Assembly: GCF_963921235.1 (NCBI RefSeq)
Contig: NC_086097.1
Coordinates: 173,106,001-173,170,000, forward strand
Origin: Mobula hypostoma
Lineage: Eukaryota
Reading direction: 5' to 3'
DNA: 64,000 bases
Under the pieces are notes generated by a model. The model saw nothing but the letters and a program-made list of their open reading frames with translations. It ran no database searches and was not told the DNA's origin. Made by a program: the position numbers and the translations under genes. Each line of letters opens with the position of its first letter. The first letter of the stretch is position 1. Below, one piece after another: positions 1 to 11,669 of this stretch.

Positions 1-1397
1 TATGGTAACTTTTACACTTTTTAGGCTCTTGAAGGTTGCATCAATGCAAGATGTTGTTGAAGCAACTAACTACAGTTAAGGTTTCTCGATGTCTCTAAAG
101 GATCAAGTAAAATGTATTCTTCTTCTAAATCTGAGTAAACAAGATTGTCTAACCATAAAATGGAAAAGACAAACACAGTTATTCCTCCCATCTAGCTTGA
201 CAGAAGATTATTTGCTCAAATAGATATGGTCCACTCTGAGTTATAAGGTAGAGCAAAGATTGTTTTGCACTGTCGTAAACACAACCTATCTCCACCCTCT
301 GGAGAAAAATAATCATAATTCTCCACTACGATGCAATTTTATTTCCAAACCAGCAACTCTTGTGGTTTTTGTCAGTAAGAACAACCAATTTAGTGCCAAA
401 TTATGGACGACTCTACACAGTAGACTTGCACCCATAGAATCTGGATTTAGAACTGCCAGCATTAACATCACATGGATCCTTAGTAGCTAGCAGAAGCAAA
501 GATTATGTCTCCAACAGTCCGGCTGTATTAAAACTTAATTAGAGTTGAAAGTAGAAAAAGGAGTTAACAGCACTCTCTTAATTGGCTTACTTAAAAACTT
601 AGCAGTAAGGTGCTGTCTTTCTCTGCTTTGCTGAATACATATAAAATAAAATAATTGTTGTTCCCACTGGATAGCTTGTGCAATAATTAAAAGGGCTACA
701 GGAATTTGGCAAACTGAAGAGTACTGGGGATTACATAATTGCATTTTCTGCCCAAATGGTTCAGACTAAGCATAAAAAATGGGTTAACAAAAATTAATAC
801 AAAGATAACTGTAAAGGAATGTACAAACTTTGTATAAACTGGATAATGGACTTGCTAAACCAAATATATTTGGCTATATCTTTCAACAAATGTATTATGC
901 ATTTGCTTTCTTGATTTCTTAAAACAAAGAAAAAATATGAAATGACTGCTAAATCCTTGTGAAGAAGTTTTAGTGGAAATAATATGTGTTTGATATTATC
1001 ATAGAGTTTTGGAAAGATTAAAACAAATCGAGCAAATAACTGTGACCCCTCTAGGGTGCGCTAGAACACTGGGAATTACAGAAAAGGATAGAGGATGGAG
1101 TGTCAGCAGATGAGGAAATTTTATGACCATAGTCTTTAAGATCAGAAATGTCAAATTTAATGTATTTCAGGATAGCAGTTGCTTAGCAAAACCTCTGCAG
1201 AATAATGAACACCAGCAGCTGTCACAGCACCTCAACTATATAAAAAGGCTATACCCTTAACACTGTTTCAGGAGTTACAGTGCAAAGATAAACCTCTCTT
1301 TGGTAAGAATATCATTCAACTTTGCTGAAAAATACATTTAAGTAAAAAATATTTTTTGAATAAATGAATGATGGGAATGTCATTACAACAAAAATAA

Positions 1398-1850
1398 AAA
1401 CAACAGGAATTCTGCAGATGCTGGAAATTCAAGCAACACACATCAAAGTTGCTGGTGAACGCAGCAGGCCAGGCAGCATCTCTCGGAAGAGGTGCAGTCG
1501 ACGTTTTGGGCCGAGACACTTCGTCAGGACTAACTGAAGGAAGAGTTAGTAAGAGATTTGAAAGTGGGAGGGGGAGATCCAAAATGATCGGAGAAGACAG
1601 GAGGGGGATGGCTCTTCAACTTTTCGACCACATTTTGACTCAGACTCACTATCACAGCCATATATCCATCCCTCCCTCTCCTGTCTTCTCCTATCATTTT
1701 GGATCTCCCCCTCCCCCTCCCACTTTCAAATCTCTTACTAACTCTTCCTTCAGTTAGTCCTGACGAAGGGTCTTGGCCCGAAACGTCGACTGCACCTCTT
1801 CCTAGAGATGCTGCCTGGCCTGCTGCGTTCACCAGCAACTTTGATGTGTG
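1398..1850. mobile_element. Palindromic (head-to-head) Penelope-like-derived short element, family A
   Basis: Inverted arms about 1435-1611 and 1666-1852 with a 54-nt spacer; 15-bp direct repeat ttacaacaaaaataa at 1383-1397 and 1851-1865 (TSD); hammerhead motif in each arm. The Penelope-like assignment is inferred from the hammerhead and inverted architecture. Confidence 0.85.
1755..1792 (+). ncRNA. Minimal type I hammerhead ribozyme motif (intact core)
   Basis: UAGUC (helix I) CUGACGA A GGGU-CUUG-GCCC (helix II) GAA ACGU (palindromic helix III) C / GACUG (helix I partner). GUC cleavage triplet, predicted cut after 1787. Confidence 0.75.
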
Positions 1851-4214
1851 TTACAACAAAAATAACATGTTTTTACTGTTTTTTATGATATTCATGAACA
1901 CTAAAGGATAAACTGGACTGAGCATATCTGATGACAAGTAAGTCACCAATGATGATGTAAACAACACACAACCTGCAAACCTGAGTGGGCAGGGGAAATA
2001 CAATTTACACTTCTTCAAACATTCTGGTTTGTGCTTTATCTGTCAGTAGTGAAATGCATCCCTCAACAATAGTCAACATAAGAACCTGAAGGAGACAGTT
2101 TGGCTGATTACCCCAGCCGATTCGAAGGTTGAAGTTTAACCTTCAGCAGCCTTCCGGTGCTATTCAATGAGACTGAACAACAACACACTATCAGCTGAGA
2201 GGGAGCTCTGCAGATCCTAGCTGTGGTACACTCTAGTGTCACAGGTGGCTTACTTTGCCATAAGTTATAATGCATAATTCAATGTTAGTGGAACCAACAC
2301 TCCCAACTGTACCTCTAAAGAAAAATAAGCTGCTTCTCACATGTGCCTGAGACTACAGAAATATTTTGAATATCTAATTTCTGAATCAATCTAGACTTGG
2401 TGAAACAGAAGATTTATCTTCAACATATGCAATTGAAGATATGCTATTCATAACATTCACTGAACTGTAACAATACTAAATTCTGAAAATAATCAGACAG
2501 AATTACATACATCCATTCCCATGTATCTCAAATGTCTGTTTTGGAACAAGGAACAATCAATCTTCCAGCAGTTAATTGCTGTACTTTTTTTTCCCCTGCA
2601 GTAGTTCTGATATATTTGAGTAGGAACCTGATGCTGATCAGATAGCCTGGACTAGACCAGTCAACTAAGGACATTGTTCAGGATTGTGACCTGAAACAAA
2701 AACCCAAGTAAGAAAAGTCAAATTCTTGGGCTTTAGTGATAAGGCCAACAATTCTCAGTCCTGATGAAGAATATTGGCCTGAAATGTTGACTGTTACTGG
2801 AGGCTAAGATTTTATTTATCTTGGTGTTTAATTTACTGGATTCATAACTAGAGGCCAGAACTAGTGATTCCCATCATAGCAACTTATTCACAGTATGTGA
2901 GCACTACTGGCAAAGATGCCATTTATTGTTCATTACTAATTTCCCTTGACCTATGGAGGCAATTAAAATCAATGATGTCAATGGGTCTGAAGTCACATAT
3001 AGGGTAGACCAAGTAAGATTGGTAGATTGAGACTCCTGAAGAACATGAGTAAATCAGGTGGGGTTTTACAAACATCCAGTTATTACATGGTCATCATCTT
3101 GGCTTGATTTTGCTCTGTAATTATTTGAGTTTAAATTCACAAGTCAACATTGTGGGATTTAATCTCATGTTCCAAGATTGATGGTGGAAGCCTTTTCTGC
3201 TAGCCATTAACTTTATCACTATTCTATCTATAAACTATCTGTTGGACCTATCAGCAGGCCAAGCAGCATGTGTGTGAGGAAAGGAATTTTCAACGTTTCA
3301 GATCGAAGCCTTGCATCAGGGTCCAAAACATCAACAATCCCTATCCTCCTATAGATGTTGCCCAAGCCAATGTGTTCCTTCAGCAGATCTTTCGTTGCTC
3401 CAGATTTCAGCATCTACAGTTGCTTGCGTCTTCACTGTTGTATATAGTCTAGACTGAAAAGTTAATAACAGCAAAGGTGATTGTAAATTGGCAGAATGCA
3501 TAAGAAACATCTCATCTGTTAAAGTTCTGCAGGTAAGAAGGGAACCTTCCTTACCCTTTCTAAGCCATAAATGACTTCATGTGCACTGATGTTCTTGACT
3601 TTCAATGGATTTCTCAGTTTAGGGGTAATCAGGGATGCAGTAGCATCCTGATCTCTTGAATGAATACTTCCCTGAACATAGGACATTAACATGTTTCTGG
3701 ATCAACAACCCTAGCATCCGGATTACTAGACTAGTAACCTAACCACTATTATATACATATCCTGGACTTCTACTTTTCACTTCACAGAGAAATATTCTCT
3801 GATGTTAAATATAGATAACAGACAGAGAAAGGAAACTTCAAGACAAAGCAACATATATGAAAGGGATAAAGAGAAAAAATAACTACATGTGTATAGCACT
3901 TCTCATAGTTCGGAATGTCCCACCTGCACTTTACAGCCAAAGAAATACAAAGCGCATAGATGGATGTGAAAAAGGAGACATGCAGCAGCAGAGAAATTAG
4001 TCAGGAAAGTCAGACAATTCCAGCAGTTTCCCTCGTTCCAAATTAGGTTCCAATCAATCAAGCTATGTTGTGTAAAGTCAAAACTTCATGGCCATTTGGT
4101 CAGCGCTCGTCTACTTTATTGTGTTTTTCTTCACGGCAGCTGGCTATGTGAACTTCTTGTGCTCACTAACCATATTACAAAAAAACTTTACCCATTGCCT
4201 AGGGGAACCATGCA

Positions 4215-4770
4215 ATAGTCATAACAGCGAGGCAGAAGCTGTCCTTGAGTCTGGTGGTATACGTCTTCAGACTTAAGACATAGTTTGTGCCCAACGGGAG
4301 AGGGAGTAGGGAGAATGTCTGAGGTGTGTGGGGTCTTTGATTATGCTGGCTTTACCAAGTCAGCGACAGAGTCCGTGGAGAGGAGACTGGATTCTGTGAT
4401 GCGCTGAGCTGTGTCTGCAACTCTTTGCAGTTTTTAGCAGTTATGGGTAAAATAGTTGTCATGTCAAGCAGTGATGTACCCAGACAGGATGCATTATATG
4501 GTGCATTGATAAAATTGGTGAGGGTCAATGAGGACGTCAAATTTCTTCAGCCTCCTGATGAAGTAGGGGTACTGCTGAGCTTTTCCTGGCCATCGTGTCA
4601 ATGTAGTTGGACCAGGACAAGCTTTTGGTGATATTCAGTCCTAGGAATTTAAAGCTCTCAAACCTCTCGACCTCAGCACCACTGACATAAACAGAAGCAT
4701 GTGCACCACATCCCCCCCACCCCCCACCACCTTCCTGAAGTCAATAATCAGCTCTTTTGTTTTCTGAAAT
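4215..4770 (-). mobile_element. Degraded Rex1/Babar-type LINE 3' fragment
   Basis: Minus-strand ORF remnant LTNFINAPYNASCLG... and a FKFLG-like segment resemble the better-preserved Rex-type C-termini at 6830-7346 and 27888-28400. Confidence 0.55.
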
Positions 4771-5929
4771 TACCACCTTTAAGTTCAGATATACTGGAGA
4801 TCAGATATAAAAATGGCAGAATTACTCATAATTTTAAGTATTTAAGTCCAATGTTCAGTCTAGAAAATATTAACATATATAGTCTGAAGATGTACCTTGA
4901 GTTTTTGTTGCTATTTTAAGCAAATGCTTGTAGCCAATACTTAAAAAATACTTTGGTTACATTTCTTTTTTGATCTGATGTGTATTTGGCACATGGCGAA
5001 ACCCATTGCAATGTTTAACACGTGCATGTTAATAGAGAGATGTAGCTACCTCAATAGTTTGTTGAATTATTAAACAAAGTATTCCTTCTGCAAAATGCAT
5101 ATATTATTGGTTTTAGTTTATGGAGCACAGCAGATTGTCAGAGTTAAGCCACAGAGCCCTCACAAAGAGATATACAGTGGGATGACAATGGCTCACACGC
5201 AAACTCAAACGATTTAGTTTATTATATTATCAACGTCAAAGGAATTTTAGAGAGGGACAATATATTTCAGAATAACCTGATACTAAAAGTGGAATTCAAT
5301 AATACAAATTAATTACAGGAATTCCTTCTGTTACAAGCATTTGTGTAATGAAAATTTGCCTTTATACAATTTACGGATCACTACTTGAGATCCAAAGTAA
5401 TGCTTGCTCTTACAAAAATTAAGTGTGGTGGGGGAAAGTAAATAATGAATTACAATAAATTTCAATTTATGCACATATGCAGATGAGATGTATTTACATT
5501 ACAGAAAATCATACTATGGGCCATTTTGAATTGAATTGAATGTTCTTCATTGTCATTATACATAGGTACAAAGAAACTCTGTTTGGCTTCCTCTCAGGCA
5601 ATTAAATAAAGCGGTAGATAAAAACAAGACAGAAATAGAAAAACAGTATTAAATAGATAAGTAGCAGAAAATAAGTTGCAGCAGCACCAGAGAGATTTTC
5701 TAGGAACACAAACCCCTGTAATGGGGGTGGGGGGGGGGTTAATCTGTGTTACTTAAATTGCTTATATTAAATTCTAACAAAATGAAATAGCACTGGCAAT
5801 CAAATAGCACAGACATTTGATTGCCGGCCATCCATTGCCTCACTTCTAATTTTCTTAGGTGAGTTTTCATAACATCATTTGTACATCAAATTGCAACATT
5901 TTTATCACTTAAAGTTGAAAACAGATGAG

Positions 5930-6210
5930 ATAAGACCATGAGATAGAAAAGCAGAAATAGGTCATTTGGCCCATCAAGTCTGCTCTGCCATTTCGTCATG
6001 GCTGATCCAATTTTCTTCTCAGCCTCAATATCCAAGCATCTCTCTGTATCCCTTCATGCCCTGACCAATCAAGAATCTATCAATCTCTGCCTTCAATATA
6101 CATAAAGACTTGGTCTCCACAGCTGCCTGTGGCAAAGAATTTCACAGATTCACCACTCACTGGCTGAAGAAATTTCTTCTCAGTTCCATTCTATAAGGGC
6201 ACCCCTGTAA
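5930..6210 (-). mobile_element. CR1 LINE 3' end fragment
   Basis: Reverse complement of the CR1 3' region (FFSQ.VVNLWN plus 3' UTR hairpin and tail) seen in the long copies. Confidence 0.75.
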
Positions 6211-6669
6211 ATGGTAGCTAGCAACTAAGAAACAAAAATAATTAACGGGCTGCATACATAAAGTCCCTCTCACGCTTGCAGAATGCCTCAAAATCTCTAC
6301 AACCAATGTCATCAAGTTAGTGAGTACAGGAATGAAGCAATTAGCAAGATTCCAACAGTAGAAAAAAAGGATACAGTACTGATGACCTGCTTTTAAGATG
6401 TTAATGGAGAAATAAGTATTGGCTGCACACTGGGAAAAAAATTATCCATTCTTCCTCAAAATGAGCTTCTAGAGCATCCAAACCAAGATTATATTAAGCA
6501 AGACATTTAACTTGGTGGAGTGTTAAGAAGTTTCACGACATATGCTGGTGATATTAAATTTGATTTTGATTCTGATTGTGGTATCATTCTGGAAATAGAC
6601 TACATTGAAGGCCAGCATGAAGGAGTCTCTGACCAACTATCACCAGAATGTCACCTACAGAACCAGAGC

Positions 6670-8190
6670 ATTGAATTGAATTGACGTTATTACCTACATC
6701 CTTCATATACATGAGTAGTAAAAATCTTTACGTTACATCTCCATCTAAACGTGCAATGTGCAATTTATAGTAATTTATAATAAATCATATGTACAACAGG
6801 ACAGTCAATATAACAGAAATGCAGTTGTGTCAGCATGAATTAATCAGTCTGATGGCCTGGTAGAAGACGCTGTCCCAGAGCCTGTTGGTCCTGGTTTTTA
6901 TGCTGCTGTACTGTTTCCCAGATTGTAGCAGCTGGAACAGTTTGTGGTTGGGGTGACTCAGTTCCCCTAAGATCCTTCGGGCCCTTTTTACACACCTGCC
7001 TTTGTAAATGTTCTGAATAGTGGTAAGTTCACATCTACAGATGCGCTGGGCACCACTCTCCTGCAGTGTCCTGCGATTGGAGGAAGTACAGTTCTCGTAC
7101 CAGGCAGTGATGCAGCCAGTCAGGGTGCTCTCAACTGTGCCCCTGGGAGCCCAAACCAAACTTCTTCAACCGTCTGAGGTGAAAGAGGCGCTGTTGTGCC
7201 TTTTTCACCACACTGCCGGTACGTACAGACCATGTGAGATCCACTGTGATGTTTATGCCGAGGAATTTAAAGCTGTTCACCCTTTCAATCCCATATCCAT
7301 TGATGTGAATAGGGGCTAGCCTGTCTCCATTTCTCCTGTAGTCCACAACCAGCTCCTTTGTTTTTGCGACATTGAGGGAGAGGTTGTTTTCTTGACACTA
7401 CTGTGTCAGGGTAATGACTTCTTCTCTGTAGGCTGCCTCATTATTATTTGAGATTGGGCCAATCAGTGAAGTGTCGTCAGCAAATTTAATTAGCAGATTG
7501 GAGCTGTGGGTGGCAACACGGTCATGGGTATACAGAGGGTAAAGGAGGGGGCTTAGTACGCAGCCCTGAGGGGCATCTGTGTTGAGAGTCAGAGGGGCAG
7601 AGGTGAGGGAGCCCACTCTTACCATCTGCCAGCGATCTGACAGGAAGTCCAGGATCCAGCTACACAATGCAGGGTGAAGGCCAAGGTCTCTGAGCTCCTT
7701 GCCAAGCCTGGAGGGAATTATGGTGTTGAATGCTGAACTGTAGTCCAGGAACAGCATTCTCAAATAAGCATCCTTCTTTTCCAGATGTATAAGGACGGTG
7801 TGTAGAGCTGTCGCTATTGTGGTCATCTGTCGATTGGTTGTGTCAATAGATGAATTGTAGGGGGTCCAGTGTGGGTGGTAGCATGCTTAGTCTTTTTAGG
7901 TACTGAAACAATGATGAATGTTTTGAAGCAAGAGGGCACTCTACACTGGGAAAGGGAGAGATTAAAACTGTCTGTAAATACACCTGCCAGTTGTGCCACG
8001 CACACTCTGAGTACCCGCCCTGGGATGCCATCCAGTCTTACAGCCTTGCAACTGTCCACTCGTTGGACCATCTGTGAACTTTGGCCTCAGAGATGACCAA
8101 GTTGCAGGTCACATCAGCTGTAGGTTTCCTCAGGGGCTCAGTGTTGGTAACATCGAATCAAGCGGAAAAAAGATTTAGCTCGGCAACACA
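6670..8190 (-). mobile_element. Rex1/Babar-type LINE, 5' truncated, frameshifted RT
   Basis: ORF pieces 7823-8071, 7398-7826, 7131-7346 and 6830-7159 contain LFLDYSSAFNTIIP, APQGCVLSPLLY, KFADD, FKFLGI, KKAQQRLFHLRRLKKF. Short (TCAAT)n tail at about 6670-6685. Confidence 0.85.
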
Positions 8191-8639
8191 CTTGGTCACT
8201 GTTACACAATAACCAAGAATGCTCACTGTGCCAGTCTGTGACCGTATTTTTAGCAAGATTGTTCACCTGGCTGTACTTCTACTCCCAGAATATAGGCAGC
8301 AACTGAGAGCCACAGCACCACTGGTGATGACCGTGAAGGTACGGTCTTGGGAGGTCATGTGAATCAGTGGACTGGACAATATTTGGTTTGGAATTAATAT
8401 GCTGCATCTTTCACTGACTTTATCAAGACCAGAGTAATGAGGGTGTGCCTTTGAGAACATATGAAGTTTTCTCAAACCAGAAGCCCTGAATGAACCAGGA
8501 GACTTGCAGTCTGCTGTGGGCTGTTCAGGACCAGTGGTCCAGAAGCCGATGAGTCCAGGTGAAAGCAAAAAGGCAATTATGAGTGAAGTTAGAGACCACT
8601 GCAGTTGTGGCAGGGTTTGCACACCATTAATTCCTATAA

Positions 8640-10245
8640 GGTGAAGCTTAACAGCATAAATGGCGCTGCAGCTTGATAACCATCGGCTAATACAGGAAAC
8701 TGAGGAGGTGATGGATAGGACCTAGAGGGAGGTGGTCACCCCTAAGTTGCAGGAGGCAGGTACCTGGGTGACTGTCACGAGAGGGAAAGAAAATCAGCAG
8801 CCAGAGCAGAGTACCCCTGTGGCCCTTCCCCTCACTTTGGCTACTGTTTGTGGGGGGACCAACCGGGGGCAGCCGCAGCGATGAGATCTCTGGCACAGAG
8901 CCTGGCGCTCCGGCTCAGAAAGGAGGACTACAGTAGTGATAATGGGTTCCATAGTTAGAAGACTAGACATGAGATTCTGGTCATGCAATAGACCCCCAGA
9001 TGGTATGTTGCCTTTCAGGTGTGAGGGTCAGGGATGTCTCGGATCGGGTTGAGAGAATTTGAAAGGGGGAGGGTGAGCAGCCAGAAATCTTGGTACATTT
9101 TGGCGCTAATGATTTAGGGAGGAAAAGAGAAGAGGTGTTGTAAAATGAATTGGATTTGTTTAGGAAGCTTAAGGTAAAGGAACCCTTAGGAGGCAGTGAT
9201 CATAATATGATAGTGAAGTGAGGGCCTCCGTCAGTCAGAGTTGGCCATGGATATTGCATTCTAGCTGTCTAGATACGCAAGCCTCAGCAGTACGATATGG
9301 AGAGCAAGCTACCCCTCTCAACACAACTGATCAACCCAAAGGAACAGTAGAGACCAATTCAGTTTGGTACCAGCAGGAGCTGCCAGTCAACATTGAACTC
9401 AATGTCAGACTGCCTTTGGGACTGCAGCTCCATATATTTTTCCCTCGGGGTTTACTCCCAAAGCTTCCTTCATGAGTAGGTATAGCTGCAAGGCAAGCGG
9501 AGCTTTGGGATCAGGAGTTTTCCTTCTCCTAGATGAGCTGCCAACCACAGGTAATGAGACCCATCGGCCCAAAGCAACTAATTTTAAGACACCAGTAACC
9601 CACCTTTGCCCCTTCTCCTGTCAGTAGAAACAGTTCTGCCAGGAGCTGGACTTTGGTTGTCAGAGGCTATTTGAGGAGCATACCATTGGGAGCATTTAAT
9701 AGATAGCGGGAGCTTGTCCCAATTAGCACCTTCAACTATGACAACCTTAATATGATAGAGCTCACCCTGCAATTTGAGAGGGAGAAGCTATAATCAAATG
9801 TATCAGTATCACAGTAGAGTAAAGAGAATTACAGATGCATGGGAGAGGAGCTGGCCAAAGTTGATTGGAAGGGGACACTAGAAGAGATGACGGCACAACA
9901 ACGATGTCCGGAGTTCCTGGGACAAATTTGGACACCACAGGATAGATACATTCCAAGGATGATACAACCATGGCTGACAAGGGAAGTCAAAGCCACCATA
10001 AAAACAAAAGACAAGGCATGTAATAGAGCAAAAATTAGTGGAAAGTTAGAGGATTAGGAAGATTTTAAAAACAAACTGAAGGTAACGACAAACAGCCATA
10101 AGGAGAGAAAAGATGAAGTATGAAGGTAAGCTACCCAAAAATTTCAAAGAAGATACCAAAAGTTTTTCAGTTATATAAAAAGTGGGACAAGAGTAGATAT
10201 CGGGCCTCTGGAAAATGACATTGGAGAGGTAGTAATGGGGGGGGG
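8640..10245 (+). mobile_element. Old CR1 LINE, ORF1 esterase and ORF2 5' remnants (outer element of nest)
   Basis: Decayed G.SIVR..D..F, VCCL.G.RV and QPEILVH.G.ND ORF1 motifs, then EPLGGSDHNMI and PWLTREVK ORF2 motifs; internally deleted and interrupted at 9214-9747. Confidence 0.75.
9214..9747 (-). mobile_element. Internally deleted RTE-type non-autonomous element
   Basis: 11-bp TSD taatatgatag at 9203-9213 and 9748-9758. Minus strand contains ggcagctcatctaggagaaggaaaactc, which I recognise as an RTE-clade 5' UTR motif. No ORF. Confidence 0.65.
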
Positions 10246-11372
10246 GGAATCAAGCAAATAGTTTATTTTTTAAATTGCAATTGAGAGATATGGTCTAGTG
10301 GAGTGGCCATTGTTGGACTGGGGTCTAAAAACAGAGAGGGAACTTAGAGGCTTTGACTCAAGAGGCTTCGATGAAAAGAGGCTGAGGCCAAAGAAACAGG
10401 TAAGAAGGGTAGGTTTTTCTTTTCGTTATTGCTGATTTGGTCTTGGTTGCTCATAGTACAGTACAGGCAGGATGGAAGATATGGCAGTGGAATGGTCCTC
10501 CTATAGGTTGTGGGAATTCATGGAACCTGGTGGTCTCCCTTTTGACTATACCTGTGGGAAGTGCATCCAACTCCAGCTCCTGAAAGACTGCATTAAGGAG
10601 CTGGAACTGGAGATGGATGAACTAAGGATCACCCAAGAGGCAGAGTAATTGATAGGTAAGACTTTTAAGCAGGTGGTTACACCCAGAGTGCAGAATTCAG
10701 GGACTAGATAGGTGAGCACTGAGAGAGATAAAGGGAGAAAGAAAATACAGGGTTCCCCTTTGTGACCATTCCCTTCAGCAAAAGGTATACCCCTTTGGAT
10801 ACTGCTGAGAGGGATAGCCTATCTGGGCAAGCCAACAGTAGCAGCCAGACTAATAGCGCTGTGGTCAGCTTTGAGTTTCAGAAGAGTAGGGTGAAGTCAG
10901 GGGAAGCAATAGTCATAGGGGACCCGATAGTTAGGGGAACAGATAGGAGATTCTGTAGCAGCAAAAGAGACATCAGGATAGTGTGTTGCCTCCTGGATGC
11001 TAGGGTCCAGGATGTCTCTGAGTAGTTGCAGAATATTCTTGAAAGGGAGGGTGAGCAGGCGGAGGTCGTGGTACATATTGGTACCAATGACATAGGAAGG
11101 AAAGGGGTAAAGGTCCTGCACAGTAAGTTTAAGGAGTTAGAAAGGAGGCTGAAGAGCTGGACCTCCAAGGTGGTCATCTCCAGATTACACCCAGTGCCAT
11201 GAGCTAGGTAAGGTCAGAACAAGAAGATACCACAGACGAATGAGTGGCTGAGGAGATGGTATAGGGGACAGGGTTTCAAGTTCTTGGATCATGAAACCTT
11301 TTCTGGGGAAGGGGAGACCTGTACATTTGGGACAGGTTGTACCCGAACTGGAAGGAAACCAATATCCTGAGA

Positions 11373-11463
11373 AGGGTCTCGGCCTGAAACGTCGACTGCG
11401 CCTCTTCCTATAGATGCTGCCTGGCCTGCTGCGTTCACCAGCAACTTTGATGTATGTTGCTTG
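11373..11463 (+). mobile_element. Short single-arm family A insertion inside CR1 ORF1
   Basis: 12-bp TSD aatatcctgaga at 11361-11372 and 11464-11475; insert matches the family A arm from hammerhead helix II onward. Confidence 0.85.
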
Positions 11464-11669
11464 AATATCCTGAGAGGAAGGTTTGCTAATGCTGTTGGGG
11501 AAGGTTTGAACTAGGTTTGGAGCAGTGTGGGCACCAAGTGAAGAGGCAGAGGTTGGGGCAGTTGGCGCACAAGAAGGGACAGATTGTAGTGAGTTTGTGA
11601 GGAAGGATAGGCAGATGATAGACCAAAGATGCACTTAACCAGATGGTTTGAGATGTCTCTATTTTAATG

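Noticed and set aside
1316..1911. Mirror-image ORF pairs (MLVNAAGQAAS..., MDLPLPL...), also at 36258-36681 and 48309-48503
   Set aside because: They arise from reading the palindromic repeat on both strands; no splice structure or protein motif.
2755..3420. Additional hammerhead-like motifs at about 2756-2793 and 3290-3322 (also 30356, 36547, 38431)
   Set aside because: Core or helix mutations (e.g. GAAAUGUU, missing CU); counted only as decayed family A relatives.
5722..5738. G-rich run (also 10237-10247) as a G-quadruplex element
   Set aside because: Short homopolymer runs with no supporting context.
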